Assembly (NCBI GenBank): GCA_951406725.2 | Contig: OX597826.1 | Location: forward strand, 9,734,001-9,798,000 | Length of the DNA: 64,000 nucleotides | Source of the DNA: Octopus vulgaris | Lineage: Eukaryota | Direction: 5' to 3' | In this document: positions 12,892 to 25,974 of the stretch, one piece after another | How positions within the stretch are numbered: the stretch's first letter is position 1 | How the letters are laid out: each line of letters opens with the position of its first letter | Position numbers and translations under genes: made by a program | Notes under the pieces: generated by a model | Databases searched by the model: none | Told to the model about the DNA's origin: nothing | Seen by the model: only the letters and a program-made list of their open reading frames with translations

Positions 12892-14599
12892 ATATAAGGG
12901 GGTACCCAAAAGAAGTCGGAGTTTTGCAATATTATTTTCTTCACTTAGTTTTCTGTGTTTACCCCTTTATTGCCTACAAAGTCTTCTCCATTTGAAGCAA
13001 TGCATTGGTCCAGACACGTTTTCCACTGTCGGATGATTCCAGGCAGAGGTATGAGGTATAGTAAGTAAGAGTGGAGGATGAGGCAGTGCAGCAAGGAACA
13101 AGAGAATAGGAAGGGATTTTAGAGTTGAAAAGGTGATAGGATGGGTTTTGTAAGGGGGTGGGTGAGTTATAGAGCTATCCAGCATTACAAGGAGCAAGTA
13201 TGGATAGAAGGTGTGATGGAAAGGGACAGTATCTTGATAAAAAAGCTTAGGTTGGTGAGATTTCCTGTTGTAGAATGTTGTTTGGCACCAAATCAGTCCC
13301 ACTCAAGGAGATTTGCTCTAATTATGTTGTTTTATTAAGACAGTATATCTTAAACTATATTGTCCGATATTTCCTCCCAGTTTGTCCTTCTTTAACTATT
13401 TCATTACCATCCTTCTAATGAAAGTCACTGACTAAGCATTTCAATTACTTATGAAAAATAATAAAGAAATTGGAGAGATTTAGAAAAGTAACTTTTATTA
13501 ATAAAGTGTCTGGAGCACAATTGAATAAAAACTTTTTATTTAAGTATTGACACTTTGAAATGAGACATTTTGTATTAGATTCAAAAGTGTTCTTGAGTAA
13601 GTTGGTGTAAAAAGGATAAAAGCAGTATGGTGTGATTTGAGGGACATTTGACTGCTATTTCTTACAGGTTGGATAACCACATAGAAACCCCTCTCACTGA
13701 TTCATGTCTTTGTTCAAGGAAGATATCCATGTATAGCTGGAGGTGTTAAGGTTGTGTGGATGAGATCTGTGCAAAGAATGTGAGGCAAGAGTGATAAGAT
13801 GATGTCGTGTATTTGTAAATTGTTAGAGATGATATGAGAAAGCAGCTGAAGGGTATAAAAGAGATAATTGAGAGAACATCCAGGTTTAGGGAGTTTGCCT
13901 TAAAACCCTTAAGCATTCAGAATACTCTGTCAGATGTCATGCTTATTCATTCACATTTTTTAAAAGTGAAACTTGCATAATCTTGTAGCTTCAAGATTTC
14001 GATGATGTGATTGTTTATTTTTAGAATGACATTGAAGGATAGGTGTGAGAGGCTGGATCTGGCTGGTTTGAACATAGAACAGGTAGACTATTTGGGCCTG
14101 ATATGACTGGTTTAAATGCTAAAGGTTAAACACCTTGTTAATATATTCTATAATGAACCAATCTAACAGGAATTGTTTATTCCAGATGAGCCCAGTGACA
14201 ATTTTTCTTTTTGCAAAATTTCTGAAAAAATTCTACAAGTATGATGTATGAGTGAAGATCTCCAAACAATCTTTAATTTAAATTACAGTTTGTTTGTTGA
14301 TTTTTGTTATTCTTTTTTTTTTTTAATTAAATTTTTGTTTGTTGCTTACCAAAATTAATTGCCAGGTATTGTGTTTACTATTTTGTGCTTATGAAAATAA
14401 AAAGTTATCATCATCATCATATTTTACATCCAGCTTTCAATGCAAGTATGGGGTGGACAGGATTCTATGGCCAGATTGATGGTCATCCTGATGCCACCTG
14501 TTTTAATTGCCCCTTTCAACAGAGAGAGAGAGAGTGAGAGTGTAACTCTTCTAAACACCAAGATACACACACAGAATCAATAAAATGTTTTGGCATTAG

Positions 14600-15385
14600 C
14601 TTAAGAAGTACATGCAAGCATAGAAGCTGCATGGTTTAGCTTGATGGGACCCAACTAATAAGGACCCTAGACAACATGGCCACATACAACAGTGGAACAT
14701 CACTTGGTTGTATCAGCTGCCCCAGAGCCTTAACTAGTGACTGCTACAGCTGCTAATATGATCAGTTACTTAAGGTACTTGTGGAGGTTATAACAACAGT
14801 CATTAAACCCAGCAGGTACTGCCCAAGGTGGGAGGTCTTCAAAGTTGAAAAGAAGCCCAATTCACTGAAACACTAACTATGTCTGCTTACTTTCCATGGC
14901 CCCAGGCTGGCAGCTGAAAGTGGATCTTGTTCAACAGTTAGATTTCCCAGAGCTCTATGAACCAATTTCATTCTACCGAGATATAGTTATCTTCTCAAAT
15001 TTTTCCAAACAAGTTACCATATGGGAACTGACTGTGCCCTGGGAAGAACACATGGAGGAGGCTTGTGAGTGAAAGTTTGCCAATTATTAGAAGAGCTGTG
15101 CAAAAACCAGTACTTGCAAGTGTCTTGCAAGGTAGGCTGCCAGGGTTTTGTGCAAGGCTTTGGCAGATGCAGCAAAGAGAAGGGGTATAAATTCCATCAC
15201 CAAAGCTACAGAGAAGGTCGATTAGGTGGCTTTGGATAAAGAAGTCAAACTAGTGGGATGCAAGCAGAGATCTGATTAACCCTGGCTAGGGTCAAGTGGA
15301 CAAGGAGTTCTGGTGTAGAAAGACACAGAACCCCTTAAGACCCCCTGGAAAAGTATCAGTGATGATGCATCCCAAAGCATCTGTG
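14600..15385 (+). mobile_element. Decayed Hero-type (R2-group RLE) non-LTR retrotransposon 3' portion
   Basis: WQLKVDLVQQLRFP...DIVIFSNFSKQVTIWELTVPWEEHMEEACE*KFANY*...VGCQGF. ELTVPWE and VEVGCRGF are typical of Hero RLE domains. Confidence 0.75.
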
Positions 15386-15472
15386 AAATACATCTTGGAA
15401 CAAACTGTGAAGTGTTAGATTTTACATCAAGTCTGTTGGAGTTAATTTTGTACTTTATCTATCCTGTATCAG

Positions 15473-15554
15473 TAAAATCATCAGTGGTTTTGTTTCTGCT
15501 GACTATATTTAATCTCCTCCTCCTTCGCCATGAAAATACACTTACCTTTACCAG
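15473..15554 (+). CDS. Candidate upstream (signal-peptide/start) exon of the cytokine receptor, apparently interrupted
   Basis: The cag|gtaaat donor at 15554/15555 is phase 1 for the frame ...LYLISSSFAMKIHLPLP and joins the Ig exon over a 94-nt intron. gccATG lies at 15530 and an in-frame TGA at 15500. Possible acceptors are at 15472 and 15484. Confidence 0.5.
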
Positions 15555-15648
15555 GTAAATAATTAGAAATTATTACTGCTTTTGTTATTGTTATTATTGT
15601 ATACATTATTTATTGAATTTCCTCTTTTTCTCTTTTATGTATTTTCAG

Positions 15649-15942
15649 TTACTCCAGAAAACCCATATGTGCTTATTGGAAATACTCTGGAGCTAAATTG
15701 TACCATTTCTGGCCTGGGTCTGGGCAAAGTGTCACAGATGTATTTCACTCACAACACCACCACAGTGGTCCCCAAAGAATTCACTCGTGCCCTTGATATC
15801 AGCACACTTCAGCTAAACATGACCATTTCTTCACCCAGAGATGCTGGCAAATACACATGTCTTATGTCAGCCAAGCCACCAATTTTCACAACTCATATAT
15901 CACCTCCTCATGTCATTGGATCACAATTTGTGGAAGTGGAGT
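15649..15942 (+). CDS. Class I cytokine receptor (gp130/Domeless-like), exon encoding the Ig-like domain
   Basis: A polypyrimidine tract and ttttcag acceptor precede the exon, and a gtaagt donor follows it. It is 294 nt, phase 1-1. Translation: (V)TPENPYVLIGNTLELNCTISG...SPRDAGKYTCLMSAK...GSQFVEVE, with the Ig motifs LxLxC and DxGxYxC and N-glycosylation sequons NCT, NTT and NMT. Confidence 0.9.
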
Positions 15943-17234
15943 GTAAGTTTTTACTTCAACTCATCTAATTCTTTACCTTCTTTTCTACCTACACACCTGC
16001 ATATCTCCTTACCTACGTACATAATTATCTGCCCTTCTTACCCAACCACTTTATAACATATGCCAACATATGCTTACCTACATCTACCATCTCTTTGTAA
16101 TCACTTCACGCCTACACCAACACATGATCAATTACACCTACTGTAAGCCCCACCTTCATGTGGCCTACATGAATAACGTATCTTTTATGTTTTACTTATG
16201 TTACAGTCAATGGGCTGCAGCCATGCTGGGGCTCCACCTTGAATTAACCCCAGCACTTATTATATTTTTGTAAAGCCTGGTACTTATTTTATTAGCCTCT
16301 TTTGCTGAACCACTAAGCTATGGGGACATAAACACACCAACACCAGTTGTCATGTGGTGATGAGAGCACAAAGACATACACATAGATACATATATACATA
16401 TACATATGGATATGTATGTCTCTCTCTATACACACTCGCAAACACACACACGATGGTCTTCTTTCAGTTTCTGCCTACCAAATTCACTTACAAGGCTTTG
16501 GTCGGCCTGAGGCTATAGTAGAAGACACTTACCCAAGGTGCCATGGCAGTGGGACTGAACCCAGAACCATGTGGTTGGGAAACAAACTTCTTACCACACC
16601 ACCACACCTGTGTCCCACCTTCATGAGGCTTACATTAATAATGTTCTATGTCTATTTCTACCCATCATCTGTCCCTGATAACATGTAATCCTACCACAAC
16701 ACATGACCTACCGTCTCCTTTGCAGCCACATCCAGTTCACACCAATACATTGACAGTCTACTCTTACCCTCTCTCGCATGTAGCCACACATCCACACGGA
16801 CATTTGGCTATCTGCATCTACCATCCCAACCTCCATAGTCCACACCAGCTGCACATCATGATTGTCGACTCCTACCATGCCACTCCACTCCAAATACAAA
16901 TACACAATAGTTAATGCTCTTTCAGAAGTTATTGCTCATTTCATTTATTATCCAAATTAGGGTCTTGCAAATGTTTGTTGTTGATGTTTAGACCTGAGTC
17001 AACTCTGATCACAAATACATTCCAATTGTGACCATCACATATATTTACAATGCACAATGTGCTCAGAAACACATTATGCAGCATGTTACTCTTTTTGAAG
17101 ATTGTAGAAGAGAGACAGATGAGAAAAGCATTTTAATGTAGATTTGACAGTTATTTCTAGCAGGCTAAGTGACCATGTAGAAGCTCCCTTCTTCACTCAG
17201 TTTTAGTAATTGTTTTCCCTTAGTTCATGTTAAG

Positions 17235-17299
<65 letters not shown>

Positions 17300-17714
17300 A
17301 GTCAGGAAGGGAATCTGTTCTTTACAGGATCTCTAAGACTGATGAGAGAAAGGAAGAAAGTGGTCCTAAACCAAAGACCTAGCCCAAACGATGTTTGCAG
17401 CAGAGTGGACCCCACTAAAGGTACACAAGACCCAGATATTGGGGTTTTAACCAAGCATATATATCCACGTGTGAGTCATCTAAGGGTCCATAAATCAGGA
17501 AACAGAAGCACTTGTATATCAGTAGAGTGGGTTTATTATCCAAAATGCATAGTATTAAATATCCATTATGACTGATCTTGTCTATCGGTTTCACACTAAG
17601 AATACAATGGATTGTCAGGTAACAGTCCAATTATATAACCTTACGCTTATCAGAGTTAGCTGATATGGAAGGAAATATGGCAACTGCTCTCTCTCTCTCT
17701 TCTCTCTCTCTTTT

Positions 17715-17781
<67 letters not shown>

Positions 17782-17834
17782 CGATTCGATTGGATTTGTT
17801 CCGTTTCATTTTGTTTCTTCTTCTTCTCCCAGTA

Positions 17835-17879
<45 letters not shown>

Positions 17880-20709
17880 CATACACATACACACAAACAC
17901 ACACAGATCAGGACTGTGTGTGTTTATGAGCGAAACACCTAAGCTCCACGCAACTCCAGCAGAAGGTAATGACGAATTTCTGCTGACTCTTGCTCCACAG
18001 TTTTCTCTCACTCTTTCCTCCTGCATCTTGCAGCTCACCTGTGACGGACCAGCGTCCTGTCCAGGTGGGGATCCTATACGCCAAGGAAACTGGGCAACCG
18101 GCCCTATGTGCCAGGCATGGCTCGGAGGAATGAGAGAAGCAATAGCACGCCAGGCAAAACACTTTGCAGCATGTAGTTGCATACCTTTGTGGTGCCTGTT
18201 GTCCAAATCTTATTTTGGCCAACTTTACCAATCACCTGTCAAAGAATCAGTAATATAATATCTCAATCAAATGCTGGGGGTTGATACAATCAACTACACA
18301 CCCCCTTCTACAAAATTCCTGGCCTTGTTCTTGTGTTACAAATCAATATCTGGTCTTGGAGATCTTGCAGATTAAATAACACAAAATTACAACATATGCA
18401 GAGAGGCTGTTACTGCAAACCCAGCCAACCCATGCCTACGTGGAAAAATTAAATAAATACAAATGTTAGAATCTTGATGATGATTGCCTTGTGATTAGTA
18501 CAGCACACAAGCTTTTTTCTTTTTTTTTAATCACCCAACATGCTCTATCAATATTGGGCATTAGCATCTGCTATAGATTTTAATCAAGAATAAATATAGC
18601 CATTATTTTCCAATTACAACTGCAAAATTAATCAATAATGTACTTTATACTTGTCTATGCTGAAAGAAGAAAGCACTGGAATTAAATAAAACAAGAAGAA
18701 TTTATTTAATAAGAATTTAAACAATCAAAAACTAACTTTTAATTTCAAATTTGTAGTTTTAACTGTTTTTCTCATATATTCTACTCCATCCTTGCCTACA
18801 TAGAAAAACAAATGTCAAATGGTGGATAAGGATAATGATGGTGGTGGTGGTGGTGGCGGCGGCTGCTGCTGCTGCTGCTGCTGCTGCTACTTCTAGCTTG
18901 TCTATTTTGTTCTTCAAAATTACAAAATAAAATGCGGATGTGTCACTAGTTATTGTACTGTTTAACTTATCTAATTCACTGCACTAAGCTTCAAGTAGGT
19001 ACCACAAAAAAGGGATTGAGCTATAGAAAGCAGAAGGAGGGTAGTCGAGTGTCATCTTTCTAAGAATAATTCAGTTTCATTTGCAGGAATTTTAGTGTTG
19101 GCTTCGATCTGATAGTATGTAGTCTGCATGCATTTCCATGTGGTGAAAAAGTTCAGTTCATTGCCACATGGTTCTGGGTTTAATCCCACTGCACGGTACC
19201 TTGGGTGAGTGTCTTCCATTGTAACCTTGGGTTAGCCAGTGTCCCCTGGATGGAATTTGGTAAATGAAAACTATGTGGAACCCCATTTGTGTGTGTGGTG
19301 TGTGTCTGTGTTGTCATCAGTTTAAAGTCCACTTTTCCATGCTTGCATAGGTTGGATGGAGTTTATTAAGGCAAAGTTTTTATGGTTAGATGCCCTTCTT
19401 GTCAATCCTTTGTTTAAAAACTTATTTCATAGATACTTTTTTTCAAAATTCCTATTTTGTTATTCCCGCATTCACTTGTGTAGGTTGCACTATGTGAAAC
19501 GGTAGTGAAAGAAACCTAGCTGCTTCTTGCAATACGTACAATTAAATCAGAACTTTTCATGGACCCTTAAAATATTACTGTGGATCCCCAGTTTACTATA
19601 TTATTAGCTTGAACCCCACAAAATCTGATATAGACCCCAGTTGAGAACCACTGTTGTAGATAAACTGTGTCTGAAAACTAAAGCAGAAAGAGAAGATGAA
19701 ATGCAATGTCTAATCGTAGATCTGTTTTGATCAGAACTGACCAAGTGTTCTCGTCATTGTTATTTAGCCTTAAGCCAGTTCTTGAGAAATTACAGTCGTG
19801 ACCAGCACATCTTTTTATATACCCAAGGTTTCAATGCCTACTGTGTCCTTAATTTCTTTAAAAATGGTAAGTTAGGGTTTAAGGGAGATTTAGCTACTGT
19901 CACTTGCAAACTGAGCAATTACATGAAGGTTCCTTTGTTGGCTCATTGTTGCAACTGTAAAAACCACACTTTTACACTTTTACTGGATTTTGTAATTCAG
20001 CTATGGTCATGCCGATACACAGATGTAGATGTGTAGTTATGCATACTAGAGTTACAGATGGCTGCTATTTCTAGCAGATTAAACAACCATATACCAATCC
20101 TCCCATTGGTTCATTCTCTTGTTGGTAGTACATCTTAGGAGCTGACATACCTTAGATACAAAGTATTCAACAATGCATATGCAACTTAACTCACAATAAA
20201 TATATACATCCATGCATGTGAGTGTGAAGAATGAAAAAGTGTTTAGTGAGTAAAATATTAATATACTAGGCACAGGAGTGGCTGTGTGGCAAGTAGCTTG
20301 CTTAACAACCACATGGTTCTAGGTTCACTCCTACATTGTGGCACCCTGGCTAAGTGTCTTCTGCTGTAGCCTCTGGCCAACCAAAGCTTTGTGTGTGGAT
20401 TTGGTAGATGGAAACTGAAAGAAGCCCATCATATGTGTGTGTGTGTGTACCTTTGTGTCTGTGTTTGTTCCCCACCATCACTTGACAACCAGTGTTGGTG
20501 TGTTTATGTCCCTATTTAGCAGTTTGGTAAAAGAGACCAATAGAGTAAGTACCAGGCTTTACATAAACATAAGTAGTGAGGTCAATAAGTGTGGTTACAA
20601 TTCTTCAAGGTGGTGCTCCAACATGGCCACAGTCTAATGACTGAAACAAGTAAAAGATAAAAAATATATGCAGGTGTGACTGTGTGGTAAGAAGCTATAT
20701 ATATATATA

Positions 20710-21094
20710 TCTCTCTCTATATAAACGGCAGTTTGTCTGTGCGTGTTTCTGTGTGTCTGTTTTCTCGTACCCTCACCCTGACCACGGCTTTCAACCGATT
20801 CTGATGAAACTTAACACACACATAGCCCAATGTCATAATTCAAAACTAACGCAGCGAAAATTTTGAAAAGTTCCTCCAGTTCTGAAAAAAATCGATAAAT
20901 TCGACATGGGGTCAAGAATCAGAAACCCAAACCACAGACCGTCTAGGGGACGCAACTCCACCTTTTTTAACTCTCAAAAAAAATTTACCATCATTTTTTT
21001 TCCATTTTTTTGCTATTTTTTGGCTATAACTCTCTAAAAATGCTTTATAGTTATTTCCCTTACAAACCTGAGCAACGCCGGGCGATACTGCTAG
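20710..21094 (+). mobile_element. Non-autonomous Helitron
   Basis: A|TC 5' end, subterminal hairpin cctgagcaacgccggg and CTAG|T 3' end. No TSD. The 3' end is shared with 40877-41273. Confidence 0.75.
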
Positions 21095-21135
<41 letters not shown>

Positions 21136-21344
21136 GTGGAGTATAACGATATATATATGTTTGTGTTAGTTTGTTTACATCCCCCCGTCAGTAAGTGGTT
21201 TGGCAAAAGACTCCATTAGAAGAGTTATAAGACTTAAAAGGGATCAATATGTTTGACTAAAACACTTCAAGGCATTGCCCCCGCATGACCGGAGTCCAGT
21301 GACTGAAACAATATCCACTACAGGTGTTTCATTCTATCTCCAGT

Positions 21345-21918
21345 TTTGAAACGCTGAAATGACTAGAGACCGAGTCCTTTGGAAGTGTGCTGTGCGCGAG
21401 AAGACCCGGCAGGACAAGTGAGTCCATAACCCATGGCCTTCTACATGGGATGGAGCCAGCCTACGTATGCATACCTTCCCTTCTTGGGACACAAATCTAT
21501 ACTTGTGAAGACCTGTTGAGGCAAGTGAGGATCAGAATCGAAATCGATCAATGGAAATTGCAGATGTGTTACCAGTGCCGGTGGCATGTAAGAGAACCTT
21601 CCGTTTCGCGACCGTTGCCAGCGCCGCCCCGTTTCGTGTCCGTTGCCAGCCTCGCCTGGCCCTCGTGCCGGTGGCACATAAAAAGCACCATCCGTTCGTG
21701 GCCGTTTGCCAGCTCTGTCTGGCACCTGTGCGGGTGGCACGTAAAAAGCACCCACTACACTCTCGGAGTGGTTGGCGTTAGGAAGGGCATCCAGCCGTAG
21801 AAACACTGCCAGATTTGACTGGGCCTGATGAAGCCTTCCGGCTTCACAGACCCCAGTAGAACCGTCCAACCCATGCTAGCATGGAAAACGGACGCTAAAC
21901 GATGATGATGATGATATA

Positions 21919-21953
<35 letters not shown>

Positions 21954-22572
21954 CCTCCCTCCCTCCCTCTCTCTCTCTCTTTCTCTCTCTCTCTCACACA
22001 CACACACACAATATTCATATTGCATATACCGAAATCAAAATCAAAGTGAAATTCAATGACGGGCACGAGCACCATACGAGCGTAATTGTTGATAGAGAGG
22101 CTAACTGACTTCCGTGCCAGTGGCACAAAAAAGGCACCATTCGAGTGTGATCGTTACCAGCTTCGCCTTTCTGGCACTTGTGCCCCGTGCTAGTAGGGTG
22201 CTAAGAGCACCATCTGAGCGTGATCGTTGCCAGAGCGGCTAACTGGCTTCTGTACCGGTGGCATGTAGGAGGCACCATTCAAGCGGGATCGTTACCAGCA
22301 TCGCCTTACTGGCACCTGTGCCGTTATTATGTGTAAAAAGATTCGAGCGAGGTCGTTGCCAATACTGCCTGACTGGCCCCCGTGCCGGTGGCACGTACAA
22401 GCACCCACTACACTCTCAGAGTGGTTTGCGTTAGGACGGGCATCCAGCTGTAGAAACTCTGCCAGATCAAGACTGGAGCCTGGTGCAGCCATCTGGTTCG
22501 CCAGCCCACAGTCAAACCGTCCAACACATGCTAGCATGGAAAGTGGAAGTTAAACGATGATGATGATGATGA
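21345..22572 (+). mobile_element. Two RTE 3' UTR copies with internal tandem units (about 21345-21915 and 22030-22572)
   Basis: Repeated gtgccggtggcacgtaaaaagcacc units are followed by cactacactctcggagtggttggcgttaggaagggcatccag...ccatgctagcatggaaa...(GAT)n. Related copies lie at about 29820-30110 (-), 44140-44500 (+) and 24000-24110 (-). Confidence 0.75.
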
Positions 22573-25429
22573 TACTGGTCCGGGTATAGCTGTGCAATTA
22601 CATGAGCTTGAAATGTGAAATGACATACCTCTGGGTTTGATCTTACTGCAAAAGCACCTTGGCAAATATTTTTTTTCTGTAGCCTCAAGTTGACCAATTG
22701 TCTTGTGAATGAAATTTAGTTAACAGGAACAGTGTGGAAGTCCATCATTCATACACACACACGCACACACACTCGCACACACACACATTTTATGCCTTCA
22801 AATAAACTTAATATTTGCACCATCAGCAACACCACCACCGCCACCACCATCATTCCAGTAAAATCTCAAATAGCATGTGTTTTGAGATGATAATTATATT
22901 AAACACCTCTTGCTTTTCCATGGTAACCAACCAGCGCCATCTTTAAAATGTTTTGCAAAAGCAGGCAGTGGAAATCAGGCTTATTTCAAAAAATTTTAAA
23001 TGGAAAACTAATCTAGAAAATATAATTTGATTTAATGCTAATGAAGAATTTTGCTTTGCAAAATAAAAATAATTACCTTTTTAAGAAAAAAAAAAAATTA
23101 TCTATTTATTTTGTGCAAAAAGCAAAATTCTAATTTTTAGAAATGCTATATACCTTTTCTAAAGCGCCCGCCCACTCATACACACATACCTCTGTACCCC
23201 AATCTTATTTATGATTGCAGGTCTCTGTGTGGAGTTCTCAGTGATTATTTTGAAGGGTTAACAAAGTTGTTGGCACCTAGCAGTAGCAATGTACAGGTGT
23301 AAATAAAGTATTGGAATGCTGGCAAAATAAATGTTACATATGTGTGAGGTGACAAAGGTTTTAGTTAGACAGGTGCTATACGAAAAGAGCGCCAGTTATT
23401 TAATTAATCACTAAATTTGTTAGTTAGCTGAACCAGTTGTCATGTTTCTATTTATTTGGAAGTGTAGTCTTTGAGGTAAAGTTTTAGCCATTGTTCTTCT
23501 TGTTGTTTAACCCCATTCTACTGATCTATGATCGAAAACGTCCCACCCATGACCATCCAAGCATTTAATCCTTTAGGATTAAAACTGGCCATGTCCAGTC
23601 CAAATATTCAAACTGGCCAGATCCACCCTCTCACGCCTACCCTACAATGTCATTCTAAGGATAGACTGTCACATTATCACAACCTCGTCTCTATAAGATG
23701 ATGAACAAATAAACTTTACATTTAACAGAGTCATTGACTGCTAAATGGTTAGGGTATTCTTTTACTCTTTTACGTATTTCAGTCATTTGACTGCAGCCAT
23801 GCTGGAGCACTGCCTTAAAGTACTTTTGCCGAACAATTCGACCCCCTGAACTTATTTTTAAGCCTAGTACTTATTCTATCTGTCTCTTTGCTGAACTGCT
23901 ATGTTACAGGGATGTAAACGCACCAAAACTGGTTGTCAAGTGATGATGGGGGAGACAAACGCAGACACAAAGACACATAGACACATACATACATTATCAT
24001 CATCATCATCATCGTTTAACGTCCGCTTTCCATGTTAGCATGGGTTGGACGGTTCAACTGGGGTCTGGGAAGCCAGAAGGCTGCACCAGGCCCAGTTTGA
24101 TCTGGCAATGTTTCTATATATATATATATATATATATATACGATGGGCTTCTTTCAGTTTCCATTTGCTAAATCCACTCACAAGGCTTTGGTCAGTCCAT
24201 GGCTATAGTAGAAGACACTTACCCAATGTGCCATGCACTGGGACTGAACCCAGAACCATGTGGTTGGGAAGCAAGCTTCTTACCACACAGCCATGCCTGT
24301 GCCTATATGTCACACCTGTGCTAAGTTATATGTAGGATTATATTATATAATGTATCCTGTCCTCTATAAGATGACAGAGTGTGATTTTTCAAGAGATTTA
24401 GCTGCGTTTTCTAGCATGTCAGGTGACCAAGTAGAGCTTTCTTGTGTTTTCCTGATGAATTGGCTCAAATGAATCCAAATGAGTCTTCAGTGACTGTCAT
24501 TGATAATAATAGTTTCTAGCAGTGGCACAAGACAGTATATTTTGAGGGAGAGTATATTCAATTAATCTGAGGCTCAGTACTTTTAAGCGGCACTTCATTC
24601 AGTCACCACCATGCACATGCCTCACTCTCCCACAGGACGAAAAGCAAGCAAAGATTTTGTTGAACCTCGACTGGATTTGAAACCAGAATATAAAGAACTC
24701 AGACTAAAGCTTGCAACAAATTTTATACATCACTGCACTGATTCTGCCAATTATTAATTAGTTTATGCCTAACGTTTTCATTTTTCATTTTAAATTGAAG
24801 AAAATTTATTCACATTTATTTTATTTGTTAGTCTGAGAAGATGAACTTCCTAAAGCATAAATGGTTGGATTATTTGGTAGTTAATATTTAGTTTGAATTG
24901 ATTGGAATCATTGATTCAGAGTTGGAGATGGGCAGGAAGAATGTTCTCAGGCAGTGGTTCGTTTTTCTTTTCTTTTCTTTTTTTTTCCTATACATTTCCC
25001 TTACTGGTTCTCCATTCCAATTTCACCCTTGTATGATTAGAAAAAGTAGTCTTATTTGCAACACAATTTGTTACATGACATTAACAACCTTATACAGGGT
25101 TAACATTAGCATCCTTAAAATCAACATTAAGGAAAATAAATCTAGCAGAAAGTATGAATAATAGTTTAAAAAATCCTTCAACCTAAAAACAGTTACACCG
25201 CTGGAAACTCCAAATTACCTGCACTCCTTAAGTAATGTCATTGTGGTTTGGGGAAAAAAGATCAGTCACGGTGAAATTTGTATTATGGTATTTGGGGAGT
25301 AAGAGAGAAAGTGATGTGAAGATGTAATGAAGGGGATGCATTGCAAGTATGACTATGATGAAGAAGCTTATTATATTTCGTTTTTGGATTTGGTTTGCAA
25401 GATTCTTTATATGAGTTTGTGTGTTGAAG

Positions 25430-25719
25430 CATATTCTGTTGTGTCTGGGGAGAGTCATTTTCTTTTTGTGCCTTTAAATTTAACACGCACACCAGTAAAA
25501 CTTCCACTTTTTTCTTATTTTTATTTTCCTAAAATTTTCGTTGCGTCTTGCAACCTTTTCAATAGTTTTGACTATTTTCAAAACCATTGAAAAGGTTGCA
25601 AGACGCAACGAAAATTTTAGGAAAATAAAAATAAGAAAAAAGTGGAAATTTTACCGGTGAGTGTGTTACATTATAAGGCACAAAAAGAAAATGACTCTCC
25701 CCAGACACAATAGAATATG
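25430..25719. repeat. Long inverted repeat (about 140-bp arms, about 6-nt loop)
   Basis: catattctgttgtgtctggggagagtcattttc...gttttga ctattt tcaaaac...gaaaatgactctccccagacacaatagaatatg. Confidence 0.95.
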
Positions 25720-25899
25720 ATGAAGAAGTTTGCTTTGCAACTGCATGGTTGCAGGTTCAATCCCATTATAACACCTTAGGCATTGTAACATCTGTTATTG
25801 CCATGGGTGACCAATACCATATAAGTGGAATTGGATAGACAGAAACTATACACAAGCTTGTTGGCCTAAGACCACTTCAAAAGAGGTCTTAGGTTAACA

Positions 25900-25974
25900 G
25901 GTTTTGGGGGTCTGACAATACGCCATAAAGCTAAACCCTTTATGGACAGGAAACCCAGGGCAATCCCAAAAACC
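25900..25974 (+). ncRNA. Hammerhead ribozyme-like fold (type I), copy 1, core mutated
   Basis: Stem I ggttttgggggt/atcccaaaaacc; CTGACAA; stem II ccataaag/ctttatgg; GAAA; stem III ccc-a-ggg; GCA at the cleavage triplet. Confidence 0.6.

Noticed and set aside
17339-17368. CTGATGA...GAAA...GTC hammerhead-like motif on the + strand
   Set aside because: The purine-only spacer cannot form stem II, and stem III does not pair.
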